Positions 33,228 to 41,192 are shown, counted from the first letter of the stretch. The stretch is 64,000 nucleotides of DNA from Verrucomicrobiia bacterium (GCA_019634625.1 JAHCBA010000005.1:136950-200949); one strand, 5' to 3'. The notes: generated by a model not told the origin, from the letters alone. Numbers and translations: made by a program.

Positions 33228-34880
33228 ATGCAAGGGCTCGCCGAAGCGGCGGGCTGGCTGTTCGGCTGGCTCCTGCGCAACTCCGCCCATGCCGCCATCC
33301 TGGCGGTCGTGGTGTGGGGGTTGGAGCGGACCGTGGGGAGGAGCCTGCCGCCGCGCTGGCGATACGCCATGTGGCTGGTGGTGGTGGCAAGACTGCTGCT
33401 GCCTGCCGCGCCGGAAAGCTCGTTCAGCCTCTTCAACCTGGTGGACCTCGCCCCGGCGAATGTGGCCGGCGTGGCATTGCAGGTGCTGGGCCTGCCCGCG
33501 CCCCTGGTGGTCTCCCACGAAGCGCTCCCCGATCCCCTCGTCGATACTCCCGGGTGGTTCGTGTGGGCGCTGGCCCTGTGGTTCCCGGGAGCGCTCATCC
33601 TGGCCTTTCTCGTCTGGCGGGATCATCGTCGGCTCGTCCACGCCTTGCGCGCCACCTCGCCCATCCTCGATGCGGAGGTGCTGGACCTGCTCCGCCAGAG
33701 CAAGGCGGTGATGGCGGTGCGCGAACGGGTGACGGTCGTCGAGACTTCCGGAATCACCTCCCCCGCCATCTCGGGATGCTGGCGGCCGCGCCTGCTCCTG
33801 CCCAATGGTCTCCTCAGCCGGCTCACCCCGGACGAGATCCGGTTTCTCTTCCTCCATGAACTCGCTCACGTGAAACGCGCGGACCTGGCGCTGAACTGGG
33901 TCCTGGCGGCCATCCAGATCCTCCACTGGTTCAACCCTGTCGTCTGGCTCGCCCTCCGGCGCCTGCTCGCCGTCCGGGAGGAAGTCTGCGACAGCATGGT
34001 CCTCCGGTCGTGCTTTCCGGGCGCCTCCCGGGAGTACGGGCTCACTCTCCTGCGCCTGCTGGAGGAGTGTGCGCCGAAACGCCTCGTCCCCGCCCTGGCA
34101 GGCGTCCTCGATGACGTGAGGACCCTCCGGAAACGCATCGTCTGCATCCGCGACTTTGGCGTCCGCGATCCGCACCCGGCGGTGCCTGCCGGATTGACTC
34201 TGGCGGTCGCCCTGGCCGGGCTGACCGAGCGCACCGAGAACGGGGCGGATTGGGTGCGGCGCCACCAGTCGGCCGCGGCGGAATGGACCATCCCCAAGGC
34301 ACCCCACAACGAGCCTGCCCCAACGGCTCCTGCAAGTGTCCCGCTGGCAACACCCGTCCCTCCGGCGCCCCGGCCAGCTTCGGAGGCCCCTCCCCCTGAA
34401 GACACGCCCCGGCGAGCCGATCTGTCGGCGCGATTTCTGGGAACGCTTTCGATGGTGATGCAGCAAACCCTGGCCGACCTGCTCCCAGACGCATCGGGAT
34501 CGACCCGGTCTGCCGGGTCCGCCGAACCCCCGACGTCACCCAACGCCACCGCGGCAGTCGCTTCACCCGGAGCCTCCGCGGCCAGTGCCGGCCCGCCCCA
34601 GCATCCCCACCCGGCTCCAATCCCTCCCCCGCTCGCCGCACCCCGACTGGTCCAGACGCCTGCCTCCGGCGGGGCCGGTTCGGCGCCGCGCCCAGGCACC
34701 CGGCCTTACCCTCTCCCGCCCGTTGACCAGCGGGGCGATGTGATCCGCCCGCCCAGGCCAAGCCGCGAAGCCACCTCCGGTGTGGGAGGTACTGTGCGAA
34801 GCTTCGAAGGCATCATGACTCCCGGCATCCGCTCGCCCGGAACGCCGACGCGCTGGGGGCGCATCCCCGAAGACGGCTGA
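33228..34880 (+). CDS. M56-family (BlaR1-like) membrane metallopeptidase with a Pro/Ala-rich C-terminal region
   Basis: TM helices followed by the HEXXH motif in FLFLHELAHVKRADL. The last roughly 200 aa are Pro/Ala/Ser-rich low complexity, with no recognisable penicillin-binding sensor domain. Confidence 0.8.
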   Translation: MQGLAEAAGWLFGWLLRNSAHAAILAVVVWGLERTVGRSLPPRWRYAMWLVVVARLLLPAAPESSFSLFNLVDLAPANVAGVALQVLGLPAPLVVSHEALPDPLVDTPGWFVWALALWFPGALILAFLVWRDHRRLVHALRATSPILDAEVLDLLRQSKAVMAVRERVTVVETSGITSPAISGCWRPRLLLPNGLLSRLTPDEIRFLFLHELAHVKRADLALNWVLAAIQILHWFNPVVWLALRRLLAVREEVCDSMVLRSCFPGASREYGLTLLRLLEECAPKRLVPALAGVLDDVRTLRKRIVCIRDFGVRDPHPAVPAGLTLAVALAGLTERTENGADWVRRHQSAAAEWTIPKAPHNEPAPTAPASVPLATPVPPAPRPASEAPPPEDTPRRADLSARFLGTLSMVMQQTLADLLPDASGSTRSAGSAEPPTSPNATAAVASPGASAASAGPPQHPHPAPIPPPLAAPRLVQTPASGGAGSAPRPGTRPYPLPPVDQRGDVIRPPRPSREATSGVGGTVRSFEGIMTPGIRSPGTPTRWGRIPEDG

Positions 34881-34887
34881 TCGCCTG

Positions 34888-35310
34888 TCATCGCGCCCAG
34901 GACACGCGGTCCGCACGGAGGCGGTCGAGGAGCAGTGCGTCGGCCGCTGGAAACGCGTGGGCGTCGAGGCCATCGGGACCAATCCAGCGCAGGGCCGCGC
35001 ATCCCAGCGGTTGCGGCTCCCCTTCGAGCACCCGGGCCCGATAGAAGCGCAGTCTCACCTGCTTCCCCGGATACTCGAACTCGATCTCCTGATACAGCCC
35101 GTCCACGCCCGCCTCGATCCCCAACTCTTCGTGGAGTTCGCGTCGGAGACAGGCTTCCCAGGGCTCGCCCGGTTCCCTCTTGCCACCCGGAAACTCCCAA
35201 AGCCCGGCAAGGTGCGAACCGGGCGGGCGTTGGGTGATGAGAAGGCGCCCCTCCCGGAAAATCAGCCCGGCAGCCACCTCGATGGGAATCCGGGCCGTGG
35301 GTGACGACAC
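34888..35310 (-). CDS. NUDIX hydrolase, MutT-like (8-oxo-dGTP diphosphatase type)
   Basis: 140 aa. Nudix box GGKREPGEPWEACLRRELHEELGI. Confidence 0.8.
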   Translation of the reverse strand: MSSPTARIPIEVAAGLIFREGRLLITQRPPGSHLAGLWEFPGGKREPGEPWEACLRRELHEELGIEAGVDGLYQEIEFEYPGKQVRLRFYRARVLEGEPQPLGCAALRWIGPDGLDAHAFPAADALLLDRLRADRVSWAR

Positions 35311-35311
35311 G

Positions 35312-36025
35312 TCAGGGCACCGAATCGACCGGCGCGCCGTTGCCGGCCAGTTGGGGATGCGACCGGATCAACGACTCGCGCTGCTGCATGGCCTGCTGGG
35401 CGAAGGCGCCGGCGTCGCGGTCACGCAGAACTTCATCGTAGAGGCGGAGGGCGATCTCCGGTTGCCCCCGGCTCGCGTGAATGCGGGCCAGGGCAAGCCG
35501 GGCCTGTCCGGCCACGCTGTCACCCGCGTACTCCACGATGACCGCCTGATAACGGGCCACGGCGTCATCGATCCGATCCAGGGCATCGAGCGAGGCAGCG
35601 ACACCGTAGGCGGCCTGGGCGGCGAGCGATCCCGAACGTTGGCGTTCGCCCGCCTTCTCGAATTCGGAAAGGGCTTCCGAGTACTGACCCGCCTCGAAAA
35701 ACGCCCCCGCCGCCAGCAGTTGCGCCCGTCGCCCGGCCATCGAGGAGGGATACTGGTCGGCCACCCTCAGATAATCGGCCGCTCTGGGGGCCGTCTCCGA
35801 AACGCCGGGGCGGGCGCGCAGCGCGAGCAGGGCGGCATTGGCCTTCGACTCCCGGTCCGCCCGCACGTTCCGCCAGACCAGCAGCACGGAAACCCCCAGG
35901 ATGATCACCACCAGGGCCGCGATCAGCCGGGCCTGATGGATCTCGAGCCAGGCCATCACCTGCATCATCCGATCCTGCTCCGGGGGGGGAGCCACGGGCG
36001 TCGGTTGGGTCGCTGCCGAAGACAT
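35312..36025 (-). CDS. Single-pass membrane TPR protein (YfgM-like architecture)
   Basis: Lies in ORF 35312..36103. The start was moved to MSSAATQPT (ATG at 36025). It has a TM helix (LIAALVVIILGVSVLLVW) followed by TPR-like helices. Confidence 0.65.
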   Translation of the reverse strand: MSSAATQPTPVAPPPEQDRMMQVMAWLEIHQARLIAALVVIILGVSVLLVWRNVRADRESKANAALLALRARPGVSETAPRAADYLRVADQYPSSMAGRRAQLLAAGAFFEAGQYSEALSEFEKAGERQRSGSLAAQAAYGVAASLDALDRIDDAVARYQAVIVEYAGDSVAGQARLALARIHASRGQPEIALRLYDEVLRDRDAGAFAQQAMQQRESLIRSHPQLAGNGAPVDSVP

Positions 36026-36091
36026 AGAGCCGGCAAGAGTCTCGCCGGGGAAACAAAACTCAAGAGCGAATTCACGAACGGGCTCGCGCCG

Positions 36092-36240
36092 GTGCATCCC
36101 CAAGTTGTCGGTACCGAGCCAGCGAACCGGAGGGACGAGCTCCGCGAGTCCTCAACCCAACGCTCCACACCGTTGCGGCCTCGTGGAACTCGGCCCTCCG
36201 AAGCGCCGCTTGGCGGAGTTCGCACCTCTACCGACAACTC
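36092..36240 (+). mobile_element. MITE-like repeat, copy 4 (intact)
   Basis: GTGCATCCCCAAGTTGTCGGTACCGAG ... CTCTACCGACAACTCCGGGATGCAC. It is flanked by the 9-bp direct repeat GGCTCGCGC (36081-36089 and 36242-36250). Confidence 0.8.
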
Positions 36241-36303
36241 CGGGATGCACTGGCTCGCGCGCTCGCGCGAGCCCGGAGATCCGTTGTCAAATGGGATCGG
36301 GAC

Positions 36304-37695
36304 GTGCTGCCATGCCGCATGCACCCGCTGTCATCCTCCCCGGGTCGGCCCGTCCCGAAATCCTCCCGTCGCCGCTTCCTCGCCTCCGGTTCCGCCGCAG
36401 CAGCCGGCGCCGCGTTGTCCGGGCTGCCCCTGCCCGCCGTGCATGCCTCGGGCAGCGACACCCTCCGAATGGCGCTGATCGGCTGCGGCGGGCGCGGGAG
36501 CGGTGCCGTGGCCAACGCGCTCGAAGCCTCCGGCGGGCCCGTCCGGCTGGTCGCCATGGCCGACCTCTTCGAGAATCGCCTCACCGGTTCCCACCACGCG
36601 TTGTCCGGGGCCTATGGCGACCGGATCGACGTGCCGCCGGACCGGCGGTTCATCGGGTTCGATGCCTTCCGACATGCCATCGACTGCCTGCGTCCCGGTT
36701 CGGGCGACATCGCCCTGCTCACCGGCTATGCCGGGTTTCGTCCGGCCCAGCTCGAGTACGCGGTCCAGCGCGGGGTGCATGTGTTCATGGAGAAATCGTT
36801 CGCCACCGATCCACCCGGCGTGCGCCGCATCCTGCGCGCCGGCGAGGAGGCCGATCGGAAGGGCCTCAAGATCGCGGCCGGCCTGATGTGCCGCCATTCC
36901 CGCAACCGCCAGGAACTGATCCGCCGGATCCGCGATGGAGAGCTGGGTGACATCCTGATGATCCGCGCCTACCGCATGGAGGCGTCCGGGCCGCTCGGAC
37001 GAAAACCGGAAGCGATCCCGGAGATCGAGTGGCAGCTCCGCAATTTCACCAAGTTTCTATGGGTCTCGGGCGGCCTGTTCGCCGAAATGGACATCCATCA
37101 AGTGGACGAGATCTGCTGGATCAAGGACGCCTGGCCCGTGAACGCTCATGGCGTCGGAGGCCGCGTCGCCAACAGCACGGATTGCAGCCAGAACCTCGAC
37201 TCCTTCTCCGCCGAATGGACCTTTCCTGACGGCACGCGCGCCTTTGACGTGGTCCGCTACATCCCGCGCTGCCACGACGAATTCGCGACCTACATTCATG
37301 GCACGCGCAGGGCCGCCCAGTTCTCCGGCAACATCCACGCCGCCACGGTCCGGATCTTCAAGGACCAGCGCATCGAGAGGGGCAATCTCGAATGGGAGGC
37401 ACCCCGCGAGGAAACCACCGCCTGGCAGGCCCAATGGAACGATCTGCTCCACGCGATCCGTCACGACCTGCCCCTCAATCAGGCCCGCCCGGCCGCCCTC
37501 TCAAATCTCACCATGATCCTGGGCCGCGCCGCCATTCACATGGGCCGCATCGTCTCCTGGCAGGAAGCCATGACCTCATCCTTCCAGTTCTGCCCGAACC
37601 TCGAGGATCTTTCCCTCGATGGGCCCGTCCCCGTGCAAGCGGACACTTCCGGCCGCTACCCCGTTCCCATTCCGGGTCAGTGGATCGAGATCTGA
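36304..37695 (+). CDS. Gfo/Idh/MocA-family oxidoreductase with a twin-arginine signal
   Basis: Tat motif SRRRFLASGSAAAAGAAL. Rossmann N-terminus LRMALIGCGGRGSGAV. Confidence 0.8.
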   Translation: MLPCRMHPLSSSPGRPVPKSSRRRFLASGSAAAAGAALSGLPLPAVHASGSDTLRMALIGCGGRGSGAVANALEASGGPVRLVAMADLFENRLTGSHHALSGAYGDRIDVPPDRRFIGFDAFRHAIDCLRPGSGDIALLTGYAGFRPAQLEYAVQRGVHVFMEKSFATDPPGVRRILRAGEEADRKGLKIAAGLMCRHSRNRQELIRRIRDGELGDILMIRAYRMEASGPLGRKPEAIPEIEWQLRNFTKFLWVSGGLFAEMDIHQVDEICWIKDAWPVNAHGVGGRVANSTDCSQNLDSFSAEWTFPDGTRAFDVVRYIPRCHDEFATYIHGTRRAAQFSGNIHAATVRIFKDQRIERGNLEWEAPREETTAWQAQWNDLLHAIRHDLPLNQARPAALSNLTMILGRAAIHMGRIVSWQEAMTSSFQFCPNLEDLSLDGPVPVQADTSGRYPVPIPGQWIEI

Positions 37696-37810
37696 CCGCG
37701 CTGCCGTATATCCAGCCTGCCCTCCCGAGGTTGCCGCGAGATCGCTGCTCAGCCCCGCAGTCCGCCAAAGGGTTGTTGCTGGCAACCAGCATCCCCGGGA
37801 CCATTCCGCC

Positions 37811-38470
37811 ATGAGTATGCCATCTTGGCTGGGAACCGGTCTGGGATTGGCGCTGGTGTTTGGCGCTTGTTCCAAGCCGCCCGAGCCCCCGGCGGCTGCC
37901 CCGCCTCCGCCGCTCCCGGAAGTGTCGGCCGAGGAACGTGCCGACGTTCTGGCCAGGGGCCGTGCGATCGCCGGCGAAACCTTTGAGGTGCTGCGCGGCA
38001 ACCTTCAGACCGCCATCCAGGCGGGCGGTATCCGCAACGCCCTGCCATTCTGCTCCATGGCCGCGTCCCCGTTGACCGCGGGAATGGCCACGAAGCATGG
38101 GGTCACCCTCCGCCGGGTCACCCACAAGACCCGCAATCCTGCCGGCGCCGCCACCCCTGCGGAGTTGGCTATCCTCGAAACCTTCAGGCAGGCACTCCGG
38201 GGTCCTGGCATCACCCCAACCAACCCGCCCCCGCCGATGGTGACCAACTTCGATGCACGCACCCTCTCCTTCTTCGCGCCCATCGTCATGGCCCACGAGC
38301 TCTGTCTCAAATGCCACGGGGAACCCGGACGCGACATTCTTCCGGAGGACTATGACATCATCCTACGGTTATATCCGCAGGATCGGGCGACGGGGTTCGA
38401 GATGGGTCAATTGCGCGGGGCATGGAGAATTGACTTCCCAAGGGCGCTTTCGGATCGGCCGGCGGAATGA
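37811..38470 (+). CDS. DUF3365/Tll0287-like lipoprotein with a c-type heme motif
   Basis: Starts MSMPSWLGTGLGLALVFGAC (lipobox; ATG at 37811, in the frame of ORF 37619..38470). It has a single CXXCH motif (CLKCH). Confidence 0.7.
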   Translation: MSMPSWLGTGLGLALVFGACSKPPEPPAAAPPPPLPEVSAEERADVLARGRAIAGETFEVLRGNLQTAIQAGGIRNALPFCSMAASPLTAGMATKHGVTLRRVTHKTRNPAGAATPAELAILETFRQALRGPGITPTNPPPPMVTNFDARTLSFFAPIVMAHELCLKCHGEPGRDILPEDYDIILRLYPQDRATGFEMGQLRGAWRIDFPRALSDRPAE

Positions 38471-38602
38471 ATCGTGTGGGCCGTGCCACCGGGCCATGGA
38501 TGCGCGCCATTGAATTCTCGATGAGCCATTGGCTGCTTGGGCACGTTGGATCTTCCTCGGCTACAGCAAGCGTTACTCCGGCACCCAGCGCTGAGCATTC
38601 AC

Positions 38603-38645
38603 GAAAAAGCCACGTCGCCGTCCCGGCTTAAGGTCGGGACGGCGA
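38603..38645 (-). terminator. Intrinsic terminator (minus strand)
   Basis: 11-bp GC-rich stem TCGCCGTCCCG / CGGGACGGCGA (38615-38625 and 38635-38645) with a 9-nt loop. On the minus strand it is followed by a T-run (CTTTTTC, plus-strand 38603-38609). It lies 22 nt downstream of the small ORF stop. Confidence 0.7.
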
Positions 38646-38666
38646 GGTGGTTTCGAGCGTCGGGCC

Positions 38667-38756
38667 CTAAAGGACCGCGGCGAAGGCCCCTCCGAGAATC
38701 AGGGCTCCGAACACCCACCAGAGGGCGATTTCAAGACGACCGGGGCAAGCATTCAT
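38667..38756 (-). CDS. 29-aa hydrophobic small protein (candidate, unannotated size class)
   Basis: Hand translation: ATG at 38756, MNACPGRLEIALWWVFGALILGGAFAAVL, stop TAG. It has one predicted TM helix and is followed by the terminator at 38603-38645. It is too short for the ORF track. Confidence 0.4.
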   Translation of the reverse strand: MNACPGRLEIALWWVFGALILGGAFAAVL

Positions 38757-38838
38757 AATCGAAACTTTGTGACGTCCAAGTTACATATCGGTTGCTTGAT
38801 GGCAACGCCCAAGTCACGGATTCGTGACAATCAATCCG

Positions 38839-38997
38839 GTGCATCCCGGAGTTGTGGGTGAGGAGGCAGCGAATCGGAGGGACAAGCTCAGCGAGTCCTC
38901 CATCCATTGCACCACTCCGCTGCGGCCTCGTGGAACTCGGTCCTCCGAAACGACGCTTCGCGAAATTCGCACCTCTCCCCACAACTTTGGGATGCAC
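38839..38997 (+). mobile_element. MITE-like repeat, copy 5 (intact)
   Basis: GTGCATCCCGGAGTTGTGGGTGAGGAGG ... CCTCTCCCCACAACTTTGGGATGCAC. The direct repeat GTGACAATC lies on both sides (38824-38832 and 39000-39008). Confidence 0.8.
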
Positions 38998-39215
38998 GGG
39001 TGACAATCCCGAATCCTGAATTCTGAGGGAGCGTTTCGGCTTGAGGGCTGCCGAGGTCGTTTGGGGGGGGCTCAAGATTCAAATTGCCGATGCGAGGAAG
39101 GTCAGACGGGAGAGTTCAGGCGGGTTGGGGTTGGAAGGTTGGGAGAGGCCATTAAGACGGGAATGGCCTTGGGAGGTCGGTCAGCCGGCAAGCCCTATCC
39201 TATATCCTATAGTGC

Positions 39216-39337
39216 GCCCGGCACCTAGATGTTGACGCGCCGCGACGAGGCCACCCGCCGCGGTCACAAGGGAATTCTGACGAGTACCGGGCCGAAGCAC
39301 GCCGTCATCGTCAGCAGTCATCAATATAACGCCTGAC
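39216..39337. repeat. Dyad-motif copies in duplication unit 1
   Basis: 39216-39236 GCCCGGCACCTAGATGTTGAC (plus orientation). 39317-39337 GTCATCAATATAACGCCTGAC, the reverse complement of GTCAGGCGTTATATTGATGAC. Confidence 0.6.
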
Positions 39338-39506
39338 CGATTATATTCATTGTCAATTGTCAAAATCACGATGGACTGGCTTGCGGGCTGATTTCTGGGC
39401 CGATGCGACAGATCGGGCAGGGGGGCGCCACGTCTCGGTTGGCCCGGGTCGCCGCTGGCCTCGACCTCCCCCCAAAATTCCTGGGCCGGGGAACGCAGCC
39501 CGGTCA

Positions 39507-39826
39507 CGATCAGATCAATGCCTCGGGTCGCAGCACCAGCTTGCCGGCCAAGCCGCCCTTCTTCAGGACCGTGCTCTCCTCCTGGAGGCGGTGAGCGGCG
39601 GCAGTTTCCGACAGGGGGAGAATCCGGTCAATCCGCGGGCGGTACTGACCACCGGTCAGCCAGCGGTTCAAATCCTGCGCCGCGTTGCGCTGCTCGTCGG
39701 GTGAGGCGGCGAACATGACGAAGCCGTGGAGGGAACAGCCCTTGACGTAGAAGGGTCCCACGGGGAACGGGGGGCGGGCCTCCCGGCCGGCCATGAGCAC
39801 GGGCGGCCAGCGCGGATTGTGAGCCT
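39507..39826 (-). pseudogene. Displaced 3' fragment of the quinone oxidoreductase gene (last roughly 96 codons)
   Basis: Track ORF 39510..39800 is identical to the Qor C-terminus except for one D/E change. It has no N-terminal two-thirds. There is a 10-bp deletion relative to the full copy just upstream of the homology end. Confidence 0.75.
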
Positions 39827-39832
39827 GGCATG

Positions 39833-40020
39833 TGGATGTTGACGCGCCGCGACAAGGCCACCCACCGCGGGCACAAGGGAATTCTGACGAGAACAGGACT
39901 GAAGCGCGCCGTCATCGTCAGCAGTCAGCCATATAGCGCCTGACCTTTTATTGGCATCGAGTCATCCATAGAAAGCCTGACCTATTATCTTTTTATCGAG
40001 TCATCAATAAAACGCCTGAC
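39833..40020. repeat. Dyad-motif copies in duplication unit 2, including three tandem iterons (37-39-bp period)
   Basis: 39833-39853 GCCTGGCATGTGGATGTTGAC (plus). In reverse orientation: 39924-39944 GTCAGCCATATAGCGCCTGAC, 39961-39981 GTCATCCATAGAAAGCCTGAC and 40000-40020 GTCATCAATAAAACGCCTGAC. Each is followed by a TATTAT-like patch. Confidence 0.7.
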
Positions 40021-40187
40021 GTATTATTTATCGAATCGCAGCGGACTGGCCAGCGGGGCTGGTTTCGGGCCCGATGCGGCAGAACTGGCAGGGGGGGCGC
40101 CAGATCTCGTTTGACCCGGGTCGCCGCTGAGCTCCGCGGGTGGGCTAGCCCCCCCCATTCCAGGGCAGGGAACGCCACCCGGTCAGA

Positions 40188-41192
40188 TCAGATTAGTGCC
40201 TCGGGTCGCAGCACCAGCTTCCCGGCCAAGCCGCCCTTCTTCAGGACCGTGCTCTCCTCCTGGAGGCGGTGAGCGGCGGCAGTCTCCGACAGGGGGAGAA
40301 TCCGGTCAATCCGCGGGCGGTACTGACCACCGGTCAGCCAGCGGTTCAAATCCTGCGCCGCGTTGCGCTGCTCGTCGGGCGAGGCGGCGAACATGACGAA
40401 GCCGTGGAGGGAACAGCCCTTGACGTAGAAGGGTCCCACGGGGAACGGGGGGCGGGCATCCCGGCCTGCCATGAGCACGTACCGTCCGCGGGCGGCCAGC
40501 GCGGCAACCGCCAGGTCGAAGTCCGGTTCGCGCGTGGTTTCCCACCAGACATTGACCCCGGCGGGGGCGACCTTCTTGAGTTCGGCAGCCACATCCTGCG
40601 TGCGGTAGTTGAAGACCGCGTCGGCGCCGAGCTGGCGGCAGAGCTCGACCTTGGCATCGCTCCCGGCCGAGCAAAAGACCCTGGCACCCAATGCTTTGGC
40701 GATCTGGAGTACGGCTGTGCCCACACCGCCGCTCCCACCCTGAATGAAAATGGACTCGCCCTTCTGCAGCCTGGCCTCCCGCACCAGGCCCAGATGGGCG
40801 GTGATGCCCACCAGGGCACCTGCAGCGGCCAGATCGTCGCTCACCCCCGCAGGCGTCGGATAGGCCCAGACCTCGTCCACGGCGACCTGCTCCGAAAAAG
40901 TCCCATGCCGCCCGAGGAGACCCTGGTTGCTGCCCCAAACGCGGTCGCCCACCCGGAACTGTTTCACGTCGAGACCCACGGCTTCGACCACGCCGGCGAA
41001 GTCGCACCCGACGACAAACGGGAGCGGGATCTCCATGGGCACCAGCCCGGACCGCAAATAGGTGTCGATCGGGTTCACGGCGACCGCATGGACGCGGACC
41101 CGAAGCTGATTGGCCTTGATGGCGGGGAGGGGCAGTTCCCCGTACTGGATTACCTCCGGGGGTCCGGTCCGTTCGAGGTAGGCGGCTTTCAC
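40188..41192 (-). CDS. qor: NADPH:quinone oxidoreductase (zinc-type ADH/MDR superfamily)
   Basis: Lies in ORF 40188..41285. The start was set at the GTG at 41192 (VKAAYLERTGPPEVIQYGELPLP). Rossmann motif GGSGGVGTAVLQIAKALGA. Confidence 0.85.
   Translation of the reverse strand: MKAAYLERTGPPEVIQYGELPLPAIKANQLRVRVHAVAVNPIDTYLRSGLVPMEIPLPFVVGCDFAGVVEAVGLDVKQFRVGDRVWGSNQGLLGRHGTFSEQVAVDEVWAYPTPAGVSDDLAAAGALVGITAHLGLVREARLQKGESIFIQGGSGGVGTAVLQIAKALGARVFCSAGSDAKVELCRQLGADAVFNYRTQDVAAELKKVAPAGVNVWWETTREPDFDLAVAALAARGRYVLMAGRDARPPFPVGPFYVKGCSLHGFVMFAASPDEQRNAAQDLNRWLTGGQYRPRIDRILPLSETAAAHRLQEESTVLKKGGLAGKLVLRPEALI

Larger units (their letters stand above)
39208..40504. repeat. Two-unit tandem duplication (about 620 and 680 bp) of a non-coding segment plus the 3' end of qor
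   Basis: Unit 1 spans about 39208-39826 and unit 2 about 39830-40504. Each unit has a shared non-coding part starting GATGTTGACGCGCCGCGAC (39228 and 39845), then the last roughly 100 codons of qor. Confidence 0.85.

Noticed and set aside
33861-33876. A parS-like sequence (TCACGTGAAAC) inside the blaR1-like gene.
   Set aside because: Only one half of the 16-bp palindrome TGTTTCACGTGAAACA is present. It encodes the conserved HELAHVKRAD metalloprotease motif, so the match is explained by coding constraint.
39665-39675. GGTTCAAATCC T-loop-like motif (also at the equivalent position in the full gene near 40343).
   Set aside because: It lies inside the qor coding sequence (antisense of ...DLNRWL...), and the flanking bases cannot form a T stem.
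39833-39853. Possible sigma-54 promoters, because several motif copies read (C/T)GGCAC-N5-TGTTGAC (39216, 39833, 49479 reverse).
   Set aside because: The sigma-54 consensus is TGGCAC-N5-TTGC with strict GG-to-GC spacing. Here the TTG is displaced by 2 nt and the -12 GC is absent. Most family members have GTCAGGC instead of TGGCAC.
39924-40020. A possible mini-CRISPR, with three direct repeats at a 37-39-bp period.
   Set aside because: There are only three units. The repeats (about 21 bp) are imperfect and the 'spacers' are short A/T-rich segments of about 16 bp that are themselves similar to each other. There are no cas genes, and the same motif occurs singly and in inverted orientation elsewhere.
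40055-40152. A tmRNA- or tRNA-like start (GGGGCTGGTTTCGGGCCCGATGCGGC, compare tmRNA GGGGCUGAUUCUGGAUUCGAC) with a possible 3' partner TAGCCCC followed by a C-run. The paralogous GGGCTGATTTCTGGGCCGATGCGAC lies at 39385-39409.
   Set aside because: No D, anticodon or T arms can be drawn. The acceptor-like pairing is not conserved in the paralogous copy. A full-length tmRNA would have to run antisense through the conserved qor 3' end. This should still be tested with ARAGORN or Infernal, because integration scars often involve tmRNA or tRNA genes.
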